64,000 bases of DNA from the NCBI GenBank assembly GCA_031962025.1, contig JAVRKW010000004.1; one strand, 5' to 3'. Source of the DNA: Pseudothermotoga sp. Lineage in GTDB: Bacteria > Thermotogota > Thermotogae > Thermotogales > DSM-5069. The position numbers were made by a program, and so were the translations under genes. Below, one piece after another: positions 28,363 through 38,518 of the stretch; positions within the stretch are counted from its first letter, which is position 1; every line of letters starts with the position of its first letter. The notes under the pieces were generated by a model that saw only the letters and a program-made list of their open reading frames with translations, was not told the origin of the DNA and made no database searches.

Positions 28363-29453
28363 CAGAGTACTATGTTGAGGTAAAAAATCTGGTTAAAGAG
28401 TTCAAAGACTCGAGTTCTGGTTCTCTTATAAGAGCAGTGAACAATGTGAGTTTTGGAGTTGAAAAAGGTCAATTGGTGACCCTTCTTGGTCCATCCGGGT
28501 GCGGTAAAACGACGACCCTGCGGCTCATAGGTGGATTTGAAATAGCCACTAAAGGTGATGTTTTGATAGATGGAACAAGGGTGAATGATCTTCCACCAAA
28601 CAAAAGACCCACAGCGATGGTTTTTCAAAGTTATGCCCTGTTCCCACACATGAACGTTTTTGAAAACGTCGCTTACGGGTTGAAAAACAGAAAGCTGGAT
28701 CACAGAGAGATCAAAAATAGAGTTTTACAGATGCTTTCTGTAGTTGGATTGAGTGGACTTGAAAAACGTTACCCAAGTCAGCTTTCCGGAGGTCAGCAGC
28801 AGCGTGTTGCACTTGCTCGTGCACTTGTGGTTCAACCGAAGGTTTTGCTCTTAGATGAACCTCTTTCGAATCTCGATGCCAAACTCAGAGAACAGATGAG
28901 AATAGAGTTGAAAAAGCTTCAGTCGACTCTTGGTATAACGAGCATCTATGTCACTCATGATCAGCTTGAAGCGATGACTCTGTCTGATGTAATCATTGTC
29001 ATGAAAGATGGGATCATCATGCAAAGGGATTCTCCTCAGATGATTTACAGATATCCTGCAAACAAATTCGTTGCAAATTTCATAGGAAAGGCAAACTTTC
29101 TTGAGGCAACTGTTCTTAACTGCTCACAGGGCAAATGTAAGATCCGAACTTTGAACAATGCACAGATAGAGGTGAATGTGAGAGAAGATGTTCAATATAA
29201 CGTAAATGAAAAGGTATACCTTGTTCTGAGACCGGAAGGAGGCAGGTTCGTAAAACCCAAGGAAGGTATTGTTGATGGTGTTGTTATAACAAGAATATAC
29301 ACAGGTGCAAGTGCGTTTTTCGAAGTCAGGACAGATTATGGAATCTTGTCTGTCGAGGTTCAAAATCCACTGTCTTTAAACCTTCCAGATTACAACGAGA
29401 CAGTTGGACTGGATTTCGATCCCATGACTCTGTCGGTGGTGAGGTATGAATGA
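28359..29453 (+). CDS. ABC ATP-binding protein (PotA/AfuC type)
   Basis: GPSGCGKTT, FQSYALFPH, LSGGQQQRVALARA, TOBE-like tail. Confidence 0.95.
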   Translation: MTEYYVEVKNLVKEFKDSSSGSLIRAVNNVSFGVEKGQLVTLLGPSGCGKTTTLRLIGGFEIATKGDVLIDGTRVNDLPPNKRPTAMVFQSYALFPHMNVFENVAYGLKNRKLDHREIKNRVLQMLSVVGLSGLEKRYPSQLSGGQQQRVALARALVVQPKVLLLDEPLSNLDAKLREQMRIELKKLQSTLGITSIYVTHDQLEAMTLSDVIIVMKDGIIMQRDSPQMIYRYPANKFVANFIGKANFLEATVLNCSQGKCKIRTLNNAQIEVNVREDVQYNVNEKVYLVLRPEGGRFVKPKEGIVDGVVITRIYTGASAFFEVRTDYGILSVEVQNPLSLNLPDYNETVGLDFDPMTLSVVRYE

Positions 29454-30241
29454 AGCTTCTCATCTCTGATTTAGATGGTACTCTTTTAGAAAAAGATCAT
29501 TCCATTTCACATGAAGTCTTTGAACTTGTAAAAAAGATAGAAAACCTCGGTGTTCTGTTTTCGATTGCCACGGGTCGGGCTTTGTCTGCCGCGAAAGATT
29601 ACATAGAAAAGCTCAACCTGACCACACCTGTGATACTCTTCAACGGTGCAAGAATCTACGATCCAGTTCAAAACAAATACATAGTGCAGTATTTTTTGTC
29701 AAAGAAAGCTGTCGAACTGGCACTGAAGGTAATTAATTCAAATAGAAATCTCACGGCTGCGTTCTTCGTAAACGAAGAGGTCTACATGTACAATGTCGGA
29801 CCAAATGCAGCTACTTATCTGATAAGAGATGCCCTGACCTATAGATCAGTAGACGATTTGAGATTTGTCGAGAATCTCAACATCACCAAAATTGTTTTTG
29901 CAAGCTATCCATACAATTTGAGCAAACTTGAAATAGAACTGCCAGAGTTTTTTGAGCAGCAAGCCGATGTCGTCAGATCAGAGGATGATCTGCTTGAGAT
30001 ACTGCCCAGATCCATAAACAAAGGCAGTGCTTTGAAAAAACTCTGTGAATTGTTGAAAATAACCTTAGATGAAGTGATTGCAATGGGAGACAGCATGAAT
30101 GATTTTCAGATGATAAAAACATCTGGTATTGGTATAGCCGTTGGCAAAGCAAGTGATGAATTGAAAAAAGCCGCAAAATTTTACTTTCAGACGGGGAAAG
30201 ATGCTCTGCAGAAGGTCTATGAAATGCTTGAACGGGGGTGA
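29450..30241 (+). CDS. Cof-type HAD phosphatase
   Basis: DLDGTLL, ATGR, NGA, NKG, GDSMND. Confidence 0.93.
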   Translation: MKLLISDLDGTLLEKDHSISHEVFELVKKIENLGVLFSIATGRALSAAKDYIEKLNLTTPVILFNGARIYDPVQNKYIVQYFLSKKAVELALKVINSNRNLTAAFFVNEEVYMYNVGPNAATYLIRDALTYRSVDDLRFVENLNITKIVFASYPYNLSKLEIELPEFFEQQADVVRSEDDLLEILPRSINKGSALKKLCELLKITLDEVIAMGDSMNDFQMIKTSGIGIAVGKASDELKKAAKFYFQTGKDALQKVYEMLERG

Positions 30242-31062
30242 GCTGGTTGAAGACAGCTCTTGTCATAAGTACATCTGATGCCGCTTTTAATTCCTTGGCT
30301 TTCAAGGGAGATCTTGTAAGAGGTATCCAGATGGCAAAGAATATAGGATACGACGGGGTTGAGATAGCTGTTCGGGATCCATCCAAAGTTGACGAAAATG
30401 AAATAGAAAAAGTGACTCGTGAACTCAAAGTAGAGGTCGCTGCGGTCGGTACAGGTCAGGCATTTTTAGCAGAAGGGTTGAACCTGATCGATCCAGATGA
30501 AAATGTCAGAAAACGCACTGTGGAAAGATTGAAAAGTCACATAGACTTTGCCTCGATATTCTCTTGCAAGGTGATCATAGGATTTATAAGGGGAAACAGA
30601 AAACAAAGGCCACTTGAAAAAGTAATCGATTTATTCGTCGAACAGATGAGATTTCTCGCTGATTATGCTTTATCCAGAAACGTATCTCTTGTGATAGAGC
30701 CTCTGAACAGATATGAAATAGATTTTCTAAATACATTACATCAAACTCATGAAGTTGTTGAGATGATCAACAGAGTAAACGTAGGTATACTCGCCGATAC
30801 CTTTCACATGAACATAGAAGAAGCGAGAATAGAAGAGAGTATTCTTTCAGTGTCAAAGAAACTCTACCATTTTCATGTGGCAGATAACAACAGATGGGCA
30901 CCGGGAACGGGACACTATGATTTCAAGTCAACTTTTGAGGTTTTACACCAAATAAAGTACAGCGGTTATATCTCGGTAGAATGTCTGCCTCTGCCAGATG
31001 GTGCCGAGGAATCAGCAAAGATCGCCTACAGAACCGTGAAAAAGTATTTAGAGAGTTTTTAA
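30238..31062 (+). CDS. iolO: 5-keto-L-gluconate epimerase (TIM-barrel sugar epimerase)
   Basis: EPLNRYE, DTFHMNIEE, HFHVAD.NR.APG.GH, SVECLP; N-terminus similar to Thermotoga TM0416; context. Confidence 0.82.
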   Translation: MSWLKTALVISTSDAAFNSLAFKGDLVRGIQMAKNIGYDGVEIAVRDPSKVDENEIEKVTRELKVEVAAVGTGQAFLAEGLNLIDPDENVRKRTVERLKSHIDFASIFSCKVIIGFIRGNRKQRPLEKVIDLFVEQMRFLADYALSRNVSLVIEPLNRYEIDFLNTLHQTHEVVEMINRVNVGILADTFHMNIEEARIEESILSVSKKLYHFHVADNNRWAPGTGHYDFKSTFEVLHQIKYSGYISVECLPLPDGAEESAKIAYRTVKKYLESF

Positions 31063-31107
31063 ATGGTTTAATAATCGACTGCTATATCCATCCATGGAGG
31101 TGGTTTT

Positions 31108-32259
31108 ATGAGAAGGTTACTTCTGGTTTTGATGATTGCCCTGGTATCGATTCTCGCTCTTGCTCAATCAGACATTCCTGTTAAGGTTACTCTGACAATG
31201 ATGGTCGCTGGAGATCAGAACATGGTTGATTTCTTCCAGTATGAGATAGCTCCTGAGTTTGAAAAACTCTATCCTAATGTGAAAATCAAGGTTGTAGGCA
31301 CTGGACCAGGTGATGCGGGATCTCAACAAATCATTCAGCAATTGCAGCTTGAAAAAGATTCTGGCAAAGACAAATGGACAGTAGATGTTGTTGTGATTCA
31401 TGAAACAGGCGCAGTATGGGCTATTGAGAAAGGTTTGATAAGACAATACACCGATTTTCTCACGGCAAAAAGGCTCGCTATAAGGAATACAGATGAAATG
31501 GCTCTTGGAGTTAATGTAGATGGTTATGTTATGCCGATGTTTCACAGCCAAACTGCAATAGCCTACAACCCAAAGTTTGTCAAAACCCCACCAAAATCGT
31601 ATGCTGAGCTGGTCGAGTGGGTCAAAAAGAACCCGGGTAAATTTGGATACAACGGTATCAAAGGCGGTATGTCGGGTGTTTCATTTGTCTTCGGCTGGGT
31701 TTACTGGAAATCGAAAAACACAGACATCCTGATCAATGGTCCATACGACAAAAAATACGAAGAAGATTGGCCCCAGATATACGCAGAACTCAAGGAATTC
31801 AACAAGTACGTTACTATGACAGCTGGAAATGCAGGAACACTTGATGCACTCAATCGTGGAGAAATCTGGATGGGACCTGTTTGGGTTGATATGTTCTATA
31901 CCTGGATGCGCGAAGGTAGAATGGATCCGAATATCAGAATAGTTTTGTTAGAACCCGGCATGCCAGGTCAGCCAATGCATTTTGCCATACCAACAAAGGC
32001 TGCAAATGCAGATTATGCGCTAAAACTCATTGAATTTGTTTCGTCACCGAAGATGCAGGCTAAGTATATCGTTGAAAGATTCAACTGGTATCCAGCGATA
32101 GGTGATGATTTTGTAACACCATATCTTGCTAAGGATGTACTCGACAGAATCTACAAAGATGTTAAACAGGAAGAATTACTCAAATATGCAAAACCAATGC
32201 CTTTGCTTCCTTATAAGCAAGACATGCAAGAAGCCTATGAAAAATGGGTTGAAAAGTAA
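31108..32259 (+). CDS. ABC substrate-binding protein, InoE-like (inositol-phosphate)
   Basis: Signal peptide, VAGDQNMVD, GTGPGDAGS, YNGIKGGMSG; follows iolO as in the Thermotoga ino cluster. Confidence 0.78.
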   Translation: MRRLLLVLMIALVSILALAQSDIPVKVTLTMMVAGDQNMVDFFQYEIAPEFEKLYPNVKIKVVGTGPGDAGSQQIIQQLQLEKDSGKDKWTVDVVVIHETGAVWAIEKGLIRQYTDFLTAKRLAIRNTDEMALGVNVDGYVMPMFHSQTAIAYNPKFVKTPPKSYAELVEWVKKNPGKFGYNGIKGGMSGVSFVFGWVYWKSKNTDILINGPYDKKYEEDWPQIYAELKEFNKYVTMTAGNAGTLDALNRGEIWMGPVWVDMFYTWMREGRMDPNIRIVLLEPGMPGQPMHFAIPTKAANADYALKLIEFVSSPKMQAKYIVERFNWYPAIGDDFVTPYLAKDVLDRIYKDVKQEELLKYAKPMPLLPYKQDMQEAYEKWVEK

Positions 32260-32300
32260 TAGGCAGAGCCATCAGGCTCTGCCTTTTGTGGGTGAGATCT

Positions 32301-33131
32301 ATGAAAATGGAATTTAAGAATCGACTGATAGGTTTTTTGTTGGTTCTACCAGCTTTTTTGATCCTAGTTTTTTTGTACGTTTATCCTTTGATTCGTGCCA
32401 TCTGGACGAGTTTTATAAAAGACGGACAGTTGAGTTGGGCAAACTATGAAAAGGCTTTTGAAATATATTCACGTGACATTGTTTATTCTGTTGCTATGAC
32501 AACCGGGACAGTCGTGGTTGTTCTTGCTTTGAGTATTCTTTTAGCAAGTTACTTGCGTTTCAAAGAATGGAGATTTTTGGATGTGATGTACAGATTGCCT
32601 TTGTTCATACCGTTTTTGATTGTTGGTCACGCAATGAGGATTTTCCTGGCACCGCACGGTACGTTGAATACCCTTCTGACAAGAATCCTTAAAATAAATG
32701 AATTACCGGGCTTTTCAAGAAGCTGGATAGGACTTTTGTGGACTTTTGTATGGGTGATGACCCCTTACGCAGCTTTAATAGTTCTTGGCGCTTTCAGAGC
32801 TCTTGACAATTCTTACATTGATGCTGCCAGAAATCTCGGAGCTTGCAGGGCAAAAGTTGTTTTCACAGTGATAATACCCATGTGTAGACCATCCATAATG
32901 GTGGCAGCCATACTGACCTTTGTGAGAACCATAAGCAGCTTAACTATACCTGTTATGATCGGTCCGAATACCCCCAACATGATAACTGTTGATATGATGT
33001 TCAGAATCAATTTCTTCAACGACTGGGGTGTTGCGAATGCCCTGGGTGTTATCTCGTACTTAATAGTTGTCGTCCTTGCTGTGTATTATCTGAGATTCAT
33101 GGCTGCGGAACGAGGGGGTATAAAGGGATGA
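32301..33131 (+). CDS. ABC permease (InoF-like)
   Basis: Multiple TM segments, DAARNLGA EAA loop. Confidence 0.9.
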   Translation: MKMEFKNRLIGFLLVLPAFLILVFLYVYPLIRAIWTSFIKDGQLSWANYEKAFEIYSRDIVYSVAMTTGTVVVVLALSILLASYLRFKEWRFLDVMYRLPLFIPFLIVGHAMRIFLAPHGTLNTLLTRILKINELPGFSRSWIGLLWTFVWVMTPYAALIVLGAFRALDNSYIDAARNLGACRAKVVFTVIIPMCRPSIMVAAILTFVRTISSLTIPVMIGPNTPNMITVDMMFRINFFNDWGVANALGVISYLIVVVLAVYYLRFMAAERGGIKG

Positions 33132-33934
33132 GATTTTCCATCTGGCGAATGACGTTGAAGGTAATCTTTGTCATATTCATGCTCTTGATAATGATAGGCC
33201 CACTTGTGGGAATTTTCATATGGAGTTTTGCAAGAACCTGGTACTGGCCAAGTCCACTCCCTCAGCAATTTACTTTGAGATATTGGCTTGAGGTTTTCAG
33301 GCAGGGAAGGGTTTTAAATTCACTGACTCTGAGCGTTACGATTGCCCTATTGACAGTAGCTTTTTCTATCTTGCTTGCGATCCCGGCAGCATACGGTTTT
33401 GCGAGATACAGTTTGCCTTTTGAAAGAATTCTTCTGTTGTTATTCTTGATGCCTCAAGCTTTTCCACAGCTACCTGTTTTTATAAATCTTGCAAGTATAT
33501 TTGGACGAATGGGATTAAGGGGAAACATTTGGGGAATCATACTTGCACATACGATGGCATCGTTGGTTTTCTCACTGTGGATAATAACTGCAACTTTCAA
33601 ATCTATACCTGTAGAACTTGAACAGGTTGCACAGAATCTTGGAGCAAGCAGATTCAAGACTTTCTGGACTGTAACTTTTCCAATTGCAATCCCAGGTATA
33701 ATTGCTGGAGCGATTTATGTTTTTCTCTGGTCAATGGGTGAGTTCACGGCAGCATTTTTCATAGGGGCACCATTTATTCAAACGGCTCCCGTTCTAATGT
33801 ACACCTCGAGCATGGGGTATAACCTTCAAATAGCCAGTGTGATTGCAATTATTCTGATGGTACCTTCTTTAGTCTTCATGGTGCTCATTGAAAAATTCTT
33901 GAAAGCTGAGTACATTTCCGGTTTAGGGGGTTGA
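33128..33934 (+). CDS. ABC permease (InoG-like)
   Basis: TM segments, EQVAQNLGA EAA loop. Confidence 0.9.
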   Translation: MRFSIWRMTLKVIFVIFMLLIMIGPLVGIFIWSFARTWYWPSPLPQQFTLRYWLEVFRQGRVLNSLTLSVTIALLTVAFSILLAIPAAYGFARYSLPFERILLLLFLMPQAFPQLPVFINLASIFGRMGLRGNIWGIILAHTMASLVFSLWIITATFKSIPVELEQVAQNLGASRFKTFWTVTFPIAIPGIIAGAIYVFLWSMGEFTAAFFIGAPFIQTAPVLMYTSSMGYNLQIASVIAIILMVPSLVFMVLIEKFLKAEYISGLGG

Positions 33935-33938
33935 AATA

Positions 33939-34973
33939 ATGGTGATTCTGCGAGCACAAAACCTGTGCAAGTCTTATGGTCAAGTTAAAGCCCTCGATAA
34001 CGTGGACATTGAAATAGAGGATGCAGAGTTACTTGCTGTTATAGGTCCAAGTGGTTCTGGAAAAACCACACTTTTGAGGTCAATAGCAGGTTTTGTTCAA
34101 TTAGATTCTGGAAAAATATTCGTGAAATCAAAAGATATTACAAACCTTCCTCCAGAAAGAAGAAATGTGGCAATGTTTTTTCAAAACTACGCTTTGTGGC
34201 CCCATATGACAGTTTTTGAAAATGTGGCTTATGGTTTGAAAATAAGAAAATACGACAAGAAAACAATACAGGAAAAAGTCGAATGGGCGCTGGACTTTCT
34301 GGATATAAAACCACTGGCTGAAAGAAAGCCAAACCAGCTTTCCGGTGGTCAGCAACAACGTGTGGCTCTGGCAAGGGCAATCGTTGTACAGCCAGATGTA
34401 TTGTTACTGGATGAACCTTTATCCAATCTTGATGCCAAAATCAGGATGAGAATAAGGTTTGAATTGAAAACCCTGCAAAAAAAATTGAAAATACCCACAC
34501 TGTATGTTACTCACGATCAGGAAGAGGCTATAAGTATAGCTGACAAGATAGCCATAATGCATAACGGGAAAGTACTTCAAATCGGTACACCGCAGCAGGT
34601 GTATGAGAACCCTGTTGATCTCTTTGTTGCTGATTTCATAGGTGTGAACAGCATGCTCAGAGTCAAACCTTCAGCAGAAGGTGTTGTAAAGATTGGCAAT
34701 CTGAAGTTCCAATCTAAACAGGATGTGACACATGTCGTCATAAGAGCCGAAGAAGCGAAGGTTCTTCCAGTTCAGCAACATATTGTCATGAATGAAGATG
34801 ACCTTAGACTGGAAGGTACTGTGATTGGAAAGCTGTATCTTGGTTCCAAGTATCGTTATGAAATCAGGGTACAGGACATAGAAGAAGTACTTTTCATAAA
34901 CAGTGAAGAGGCATTTGAGATAAACCAGCAAGTACAAATAATAGCCCGTAAAGGCAGTTTCTTTGTTTATTGA
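33939..34973 (+). CDS. ABC ATP-binding protein
   Basis: GPSGSGKTT, LSGGQQQRVALARA, LLLDEP. Confidence 0.95.
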   Translation: MVILRAQNLCKSYGQVKALDNVDIEIEDAELLAVIGPSGSGKTTLLRSIAGFVQLDSGKIFVKSKDITNLPPERRNVAMFFQNYALWPHMTVFENVAYGLKIRKYDKKTIQEKVEWALDFLDIKPLAERKPNQLSGGQQQRVALARAIVVQPDVLLLDEPLSNLDAKIRMRIRFELKTLQKKLKIPTLYVTHDQEEAISIADKIAIMHNGKVLQIGTPQQVYENPVDLFVADFIGVNSMLRVKPSAEGVVKIGNLKFQSKQDVTHVVIRAEEAKVLPVQQHIVMNEDDLRLEGTVIGKLYLGSKYRYEIRVQDIEEVLFINSEEAFEINQQVQIIARKGSFFVY

Positions 34974-35016
34974 TTTTGTTTATTTGATAGTGATGTTGCT
35001 TTTCTGGCTCTTTCGC

Positions 35017-36276
35017 TTAGTTTTCCTGTGCTTCACCTCTTTTGACGAATCTCATTGTTAAAAACGACAGAACAATAAAGACTATCGAAAAGACCATCAA
35101 AGATGGGTATCCAACTGTGTCGATGAAGATGCCCGCTAAAGGCGGTGCGAATATATTTGCAGCCATCGAGAAAAAGTAATACAAACCGGTGTATCCACCG
35201 GTTTTTTCTGCTTTTGTCATGTCCACAACCATTGGCAGTGAATTGACATTTACCAGTGCCCAGCCGATGCCGCTGATTGCAAACAGCACGAAGAACATCG
35301 AGAGTAGAATGGATTTGTTCTGAAAGATAGCTGACAATATGAGAACTATCAAAAGACATGATATCAGTGTGAGCAGTCCTATGCTTATGGCTTTTTTTCT
35401 TGAAATCTTAGAGCCAATCATACCTGCCGGTATTGAAAACAACATGAAAGTCAAAGAAAATACCCCAAGAACAAGAGCACCGGTACTCTCAGATATGCCC
35501 AGGTAAAACTTGGCATAGCTTGTGAAGAAAGTTTCCAGTGCATTGAATCCTATGAACCAGAATAGTATAGACAGCAAAATGAACAGTAAACTCTTCTCTT
35601 TTGAGAAAAATGCCTCTTTTAGATTGTAGATGAGCTCTCTGTTTCCTTTTTTCACGGTCTCAAAAACATTTAGTCCGTCCTGAGATATGGTGTATTCTTT
35701 TGGTTCTCTTATGAATAAAATGACGAGGATGTTTGCTAAAAGCATTAATGCGCCACCGACAAAAAATGGGTAGGAATAATTTGCATCATAAAGCGGTTTT
35801 CCGGCGAAATAAGCCAGCAATGCGCCAAACCCACCCATGAAGTTGATGATTCCATTCGCCTGGCTTCTGTACTTTGAAGGAGTTATGTCTGGCATCAGTG
35901 CTATAACAGGAGATCTAAAAAGAGCCATTGAAAAGTTCATCAGAATGATCACTGTCATCATAAGCGAAAGAGATTTCATATCACGCATAAGTGGTATTAG
36001 GCAGAAAAACAGAGCGCCCAAAGGTGCACCGACCAGGATGTATGGTTTTCTTCTGCCCAATCTTGTACGTGTTTGATCACTGAGTGTACCAATGTATGGA
36101 AGCATCACGATCGCAAAAATATTGTCGATGGTCATAACTATGCCTATTACGAAGGAGGACAAAGCAAAATCTTTCAGAAAAATTGGAACATAAGCGTTGT
36201 AAAGGGGCCAAAGAACACTTATTCCAAAAAAACCAAAGCCGAGCAAAAAGACGTTTTTGTAGCTGAACTTTGTCAT
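35017..36276 (-). CDS. MFS transporter (GPH/SLC45-like sugar permease)
   Basis: About 12 TM segments, SDQTRTRLGRRKPY motif. Confidence 0.9.
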   Translation of the reverse strand: MTKFSYKNVFLLGFGFFGISVLWPLYNAYVPIFLKDFALSSFVIGIVMTIDNIFAIVMLPYIGTLSDQTRTRLGRRKPYILVGAPLGALFFCLIPLMRDMKSLSLMMTVIILMNFSMALFRSPVIALMPDITPSKYRSQANGIINFMGGFGALLAYFAGKPLYDANYSYPFFVGGALMLLANILVILFIREPKEYTISQDGLNVFETVKKGNRELIYNLKEAFFSKEKSLLFILLSILFWFIGFNALETFFTSYAKFYLGISESTGALVLGVFSLTFMLFSIPAGMIGSKISRKKAISIGLLTLISCLLIVLILSAIFQNKSILLSMFFVLFAISGIGWALVNVNSLPMVVDMTKAEKTGGYTGLYYFFSMAANIFAPPLAGIFIDTVGYPSLMVFSIVFIVLSFLTMRFVKRGEAQEN

Positions 36277-36287
36277 GTTTTCCCCTC

Positions 36288-37046
36288 CTATAGTATTATT
36301 CTATCAAGATCCTTTGGTATTAAAATCTCACCGAGAAAATACTGTTTCAGCTCGCTAATCAACTGTGTTTCATTGTTGTCTATCTCTGGACCTACGTGAA
36401 CAAGACAAAGCACCTTTACATTTGATAGCTGTGCGAGTCTTGCGGCATCTTCAGCACATGTGTGACCCTCTGTTCTTTTTGAATACAGATAACTGCAGGT
36501 CGACTCGTGTATCAAAAGATCCGCGTTCATAAACAGATGAACGAGGTTTTCACATGGCTCAGTATCGCTTGTATAAACTGCTGTTGATTTATGAGATTTG
36601 ATTTTCAGACCAAAGTTGGGGACAGAGTGCTTTACAGGGAATACCTCAACGGATATCTTTGAGTTTTCAATCAAGATGTGATTTTCATATTTGACAGCTT
36701 TTAGCTCAATTTCAAAACCGTTGTTTTGATGTAAAAGGTCATGCATTTGAAGATAGGTTCTTGCCAGTTCGTAAAAGTACTCACCAACATAAATCTTTAT
36801 CGGGTTTTTTCTTCCTGAAAGCCTGAGCATCTCAATTAACGAAGGTAAACCGTAAATGTGATCCACATGTCCGTGGGTTATTATTATGCTCTGGAGTTTT
36901 AAAGGATCATACCCAATTTTTCTCATCTTTCCAAACACATTACCCGGACAATCTATGAGAAAATCGTTCACAAGAAGCGATGTGTTGTCTCTATTAGACG
37001 TTGAGATAGCTGCCGATGTGCCAAGAAAGACTATTCTCAAATACAT
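36288..37046 (-). CDS. MBL-fold metallo-hydrolase, RNase Z-like
   Basis: FLGTSAA, THGHVDHIYG, HSVP, SDT, HEST, GHT, LVH; start reassigned to the ATG at 37046. Confidence 0.85.
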   Translation of the reverse strand: MYLRIVFLGTSAAISTSNRDNTSLLVNDFLIDCPGNVFGKMRKIGYDPLKLQSIIITHGHVDHIYGLPSLIEMLRLSGRKNPIKIYVGEYFYELARTYLQMHDLLHQNNGFEIELKAVKYENHILIENSKISVEVFPVKHSVPNFGLKIKSHKSTAVYTSDTEPCENLVHLFMNADLLIHESTCSYLYSKRTEGHTCAEDAARLAQLSNVKVLCLVHVGPEIDNNETQLISELKQYFLGEILIPKDLDRIIL

Positions 37047-37125
37047 TCCTCCCATCAAAATTATATTCGAAAAGTTCTTTGAGTTGTGATAATATTTGAT
37101 CCAAGATCTGAGTGGGGGTGAGTTT

Positions 37126-37929
37126 ATGCTGAAGGGGTTCAATGGCGCTACATCCATGAAGCATGATCTTTTCAGCGATATTGTTTGGGCAAGTGATGCA
37201 GGATTTGATGTACTTGAGATCTGGAAAACAAAGTTATTCGATGCTATAAAACACCACAGTGTAGAAGATATTGCCAGAGAATTTGTGAAATACGGCATCG
37301 AGCCCTATACGATCAATTCACTTGAACAGGCTACTTTTTGCAAAGACTTCAAAGAAAAACTCCAGGAATGTGAGATGCTCTGCGCACTTGCCCAGGATGT
37401 AAAAGCCGGGATTTTGATCGTTGTTCCGGGTTTTATTGAAGAAAAACTGCCGGAGAGTGAGGTGAAAAGGGAAACTATCAACGCTCTGAAAGAGTTTTCA
37501 AAATTGGCAGATCGCTATCAGATCAGGCTTGCTTTTGAATTTCTCGGGTTTAAGAACTGTTCTGTTAACAAGCTGAACACAGCAAGGGAAATAATCAAAG
37601 CCTTGGATCGTAAGAATGTGGGTCTTGTGATCGATACCTGTCACTTTTTTGCCGGTGGATCAACCCTTGAAGATTTGGAGCAAACAGACCCTGAGGATAT
37701 ATTCATAGTGCACATCAACGATCTTTTAGAGATCAAAGAAGAAGTTCAAGATTCAGACAGAGTCATGCCGACAGATGGGATACTGCCGCTGAGTGATTTT
37801 ATCAGAACACTGAGAAAAATTGGATATAGTAAAGTGATCAGTGTAGAACTTTTCAACGAGCAGTACTGGAAAATGGATGCGAAGAAGATTGCGCAGATCT
37901 GTTATGAAAAACTCTCAAAATTGTTGTGA
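37126..37929 (+). CDS. Sugar phosphate isomerase/epimerase (IolI/IolE-like TIM barrel)
   Basis: AFEFLG, DTCHF, VHIND, DRV.P.DG, SVELFN. Confidence 0.85.
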   Translation: MLKGFNGATSMKHDLFSDIVWASDAGFDVLEIWKTKLFDAIKHHSVEDIAREFVKYGIEPYTINSLEQATFCKDFKEKLQECEMLCALAQDVKAGILIVVPGFIEEKLPESEVKRETINALKEFSKLADRYQIRLAFEFLGFKNCSVNKLNTAREIIKALDRKNVGLVIDTCHFFAGGSTLEDLEQTDPEDIFIVHINDLLEIKEEVQDSDRVMPTDGILPLSDFIRTLRKIGYSKVISVELFNEQYWKMDAKKIAQICYEKLSKLL

Positions 37930-37941
37930 ACTTTAAAAAAT

Positions 37942-37961
37942 GCCGGAGCTTGAGCTCCGGC
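37942..37961. terminator. Hairpin between convergent genes (likely terminator, A-run on the left)
   Basis: GCCGGAGC-TTGA-GCTCCGGC preceded by AAAAAA. Confidence 0.65.
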
Positions 37962-37978
37962 CAATGGGTGGGTCTATC

Positions 37979-38518
37979 TCATCCGCCTACGTGTTTTACA
38001 CCTTCATAGATGGCTTTGATATTAATATCGATGATCTCAGAACTTCTGGATGAAAGTTTATATTTCATGGCTTCAATCAGAGAATCTATGCTCACGCATT
38101 TTGTTATCTGAACAAAGCTGCCGAGCATCACCATATTCGCAACCTTGGGATTTCCAAGTTTTTCTGCAATGTCATTTGCAGGTATCTCATACACTTTGAT
38201 ATCGGATCTTTGAGGTTTTCTGTCCACGACCGAGACATTGATGAACAGATAACCGTCTTTTTTGACTTTCGGTTCGAATTTCAAAAGTGAAGGTATGTTC
38301 ATCGCAACAACTTCTGTTGGTAACTCAATAACAGGTGAGGCTACAGGCTCTTCACTCACAACCACCGTGCAGTTTGCAGTTCCTCCACGCATCTCAGGAC
38401 CATAGGATGGGAACCACGTCACATACTTGTTTTCATTCATACCCGCCTGGGCAAGGACCTGACCCATCAACATAACTCCCTGTCCGCCAAAACCGGCAAA
38501 AATTATACTGTGTGTCAT
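37979..38518 (-). CDS. 2-oxoacid:ferredoxin oxidoreductase gamma subunit
   Basis: AGFGGQG, PSYGPEMRGGTANC, NMVMLG. Confidence 0.93.
   Translation of the reverse strand: MTHSIIFAGFGGQGVMLMGQVLAQAGMNENKYVTWFPSYGPEMRGGTANCTVVVSEEPVASPVIELPTEVVAMNIPSLLKFEPKVKKDGYLFINVSVVDRKPQRSDIKVYEIPANDIAEKLGNPKVANMVMLGSFVQITKCVSIDSLIEAMKYKLSSRSSEIIDINIKAIYEGVKHVGG

Noticed and set aside
37047..37298. N-terminal extension of the MBL hydrolase ORF
   Set aside because: It overlaps the divergent isomerase gene; the real start is the ATG at 37046 after a GGAGG SD.
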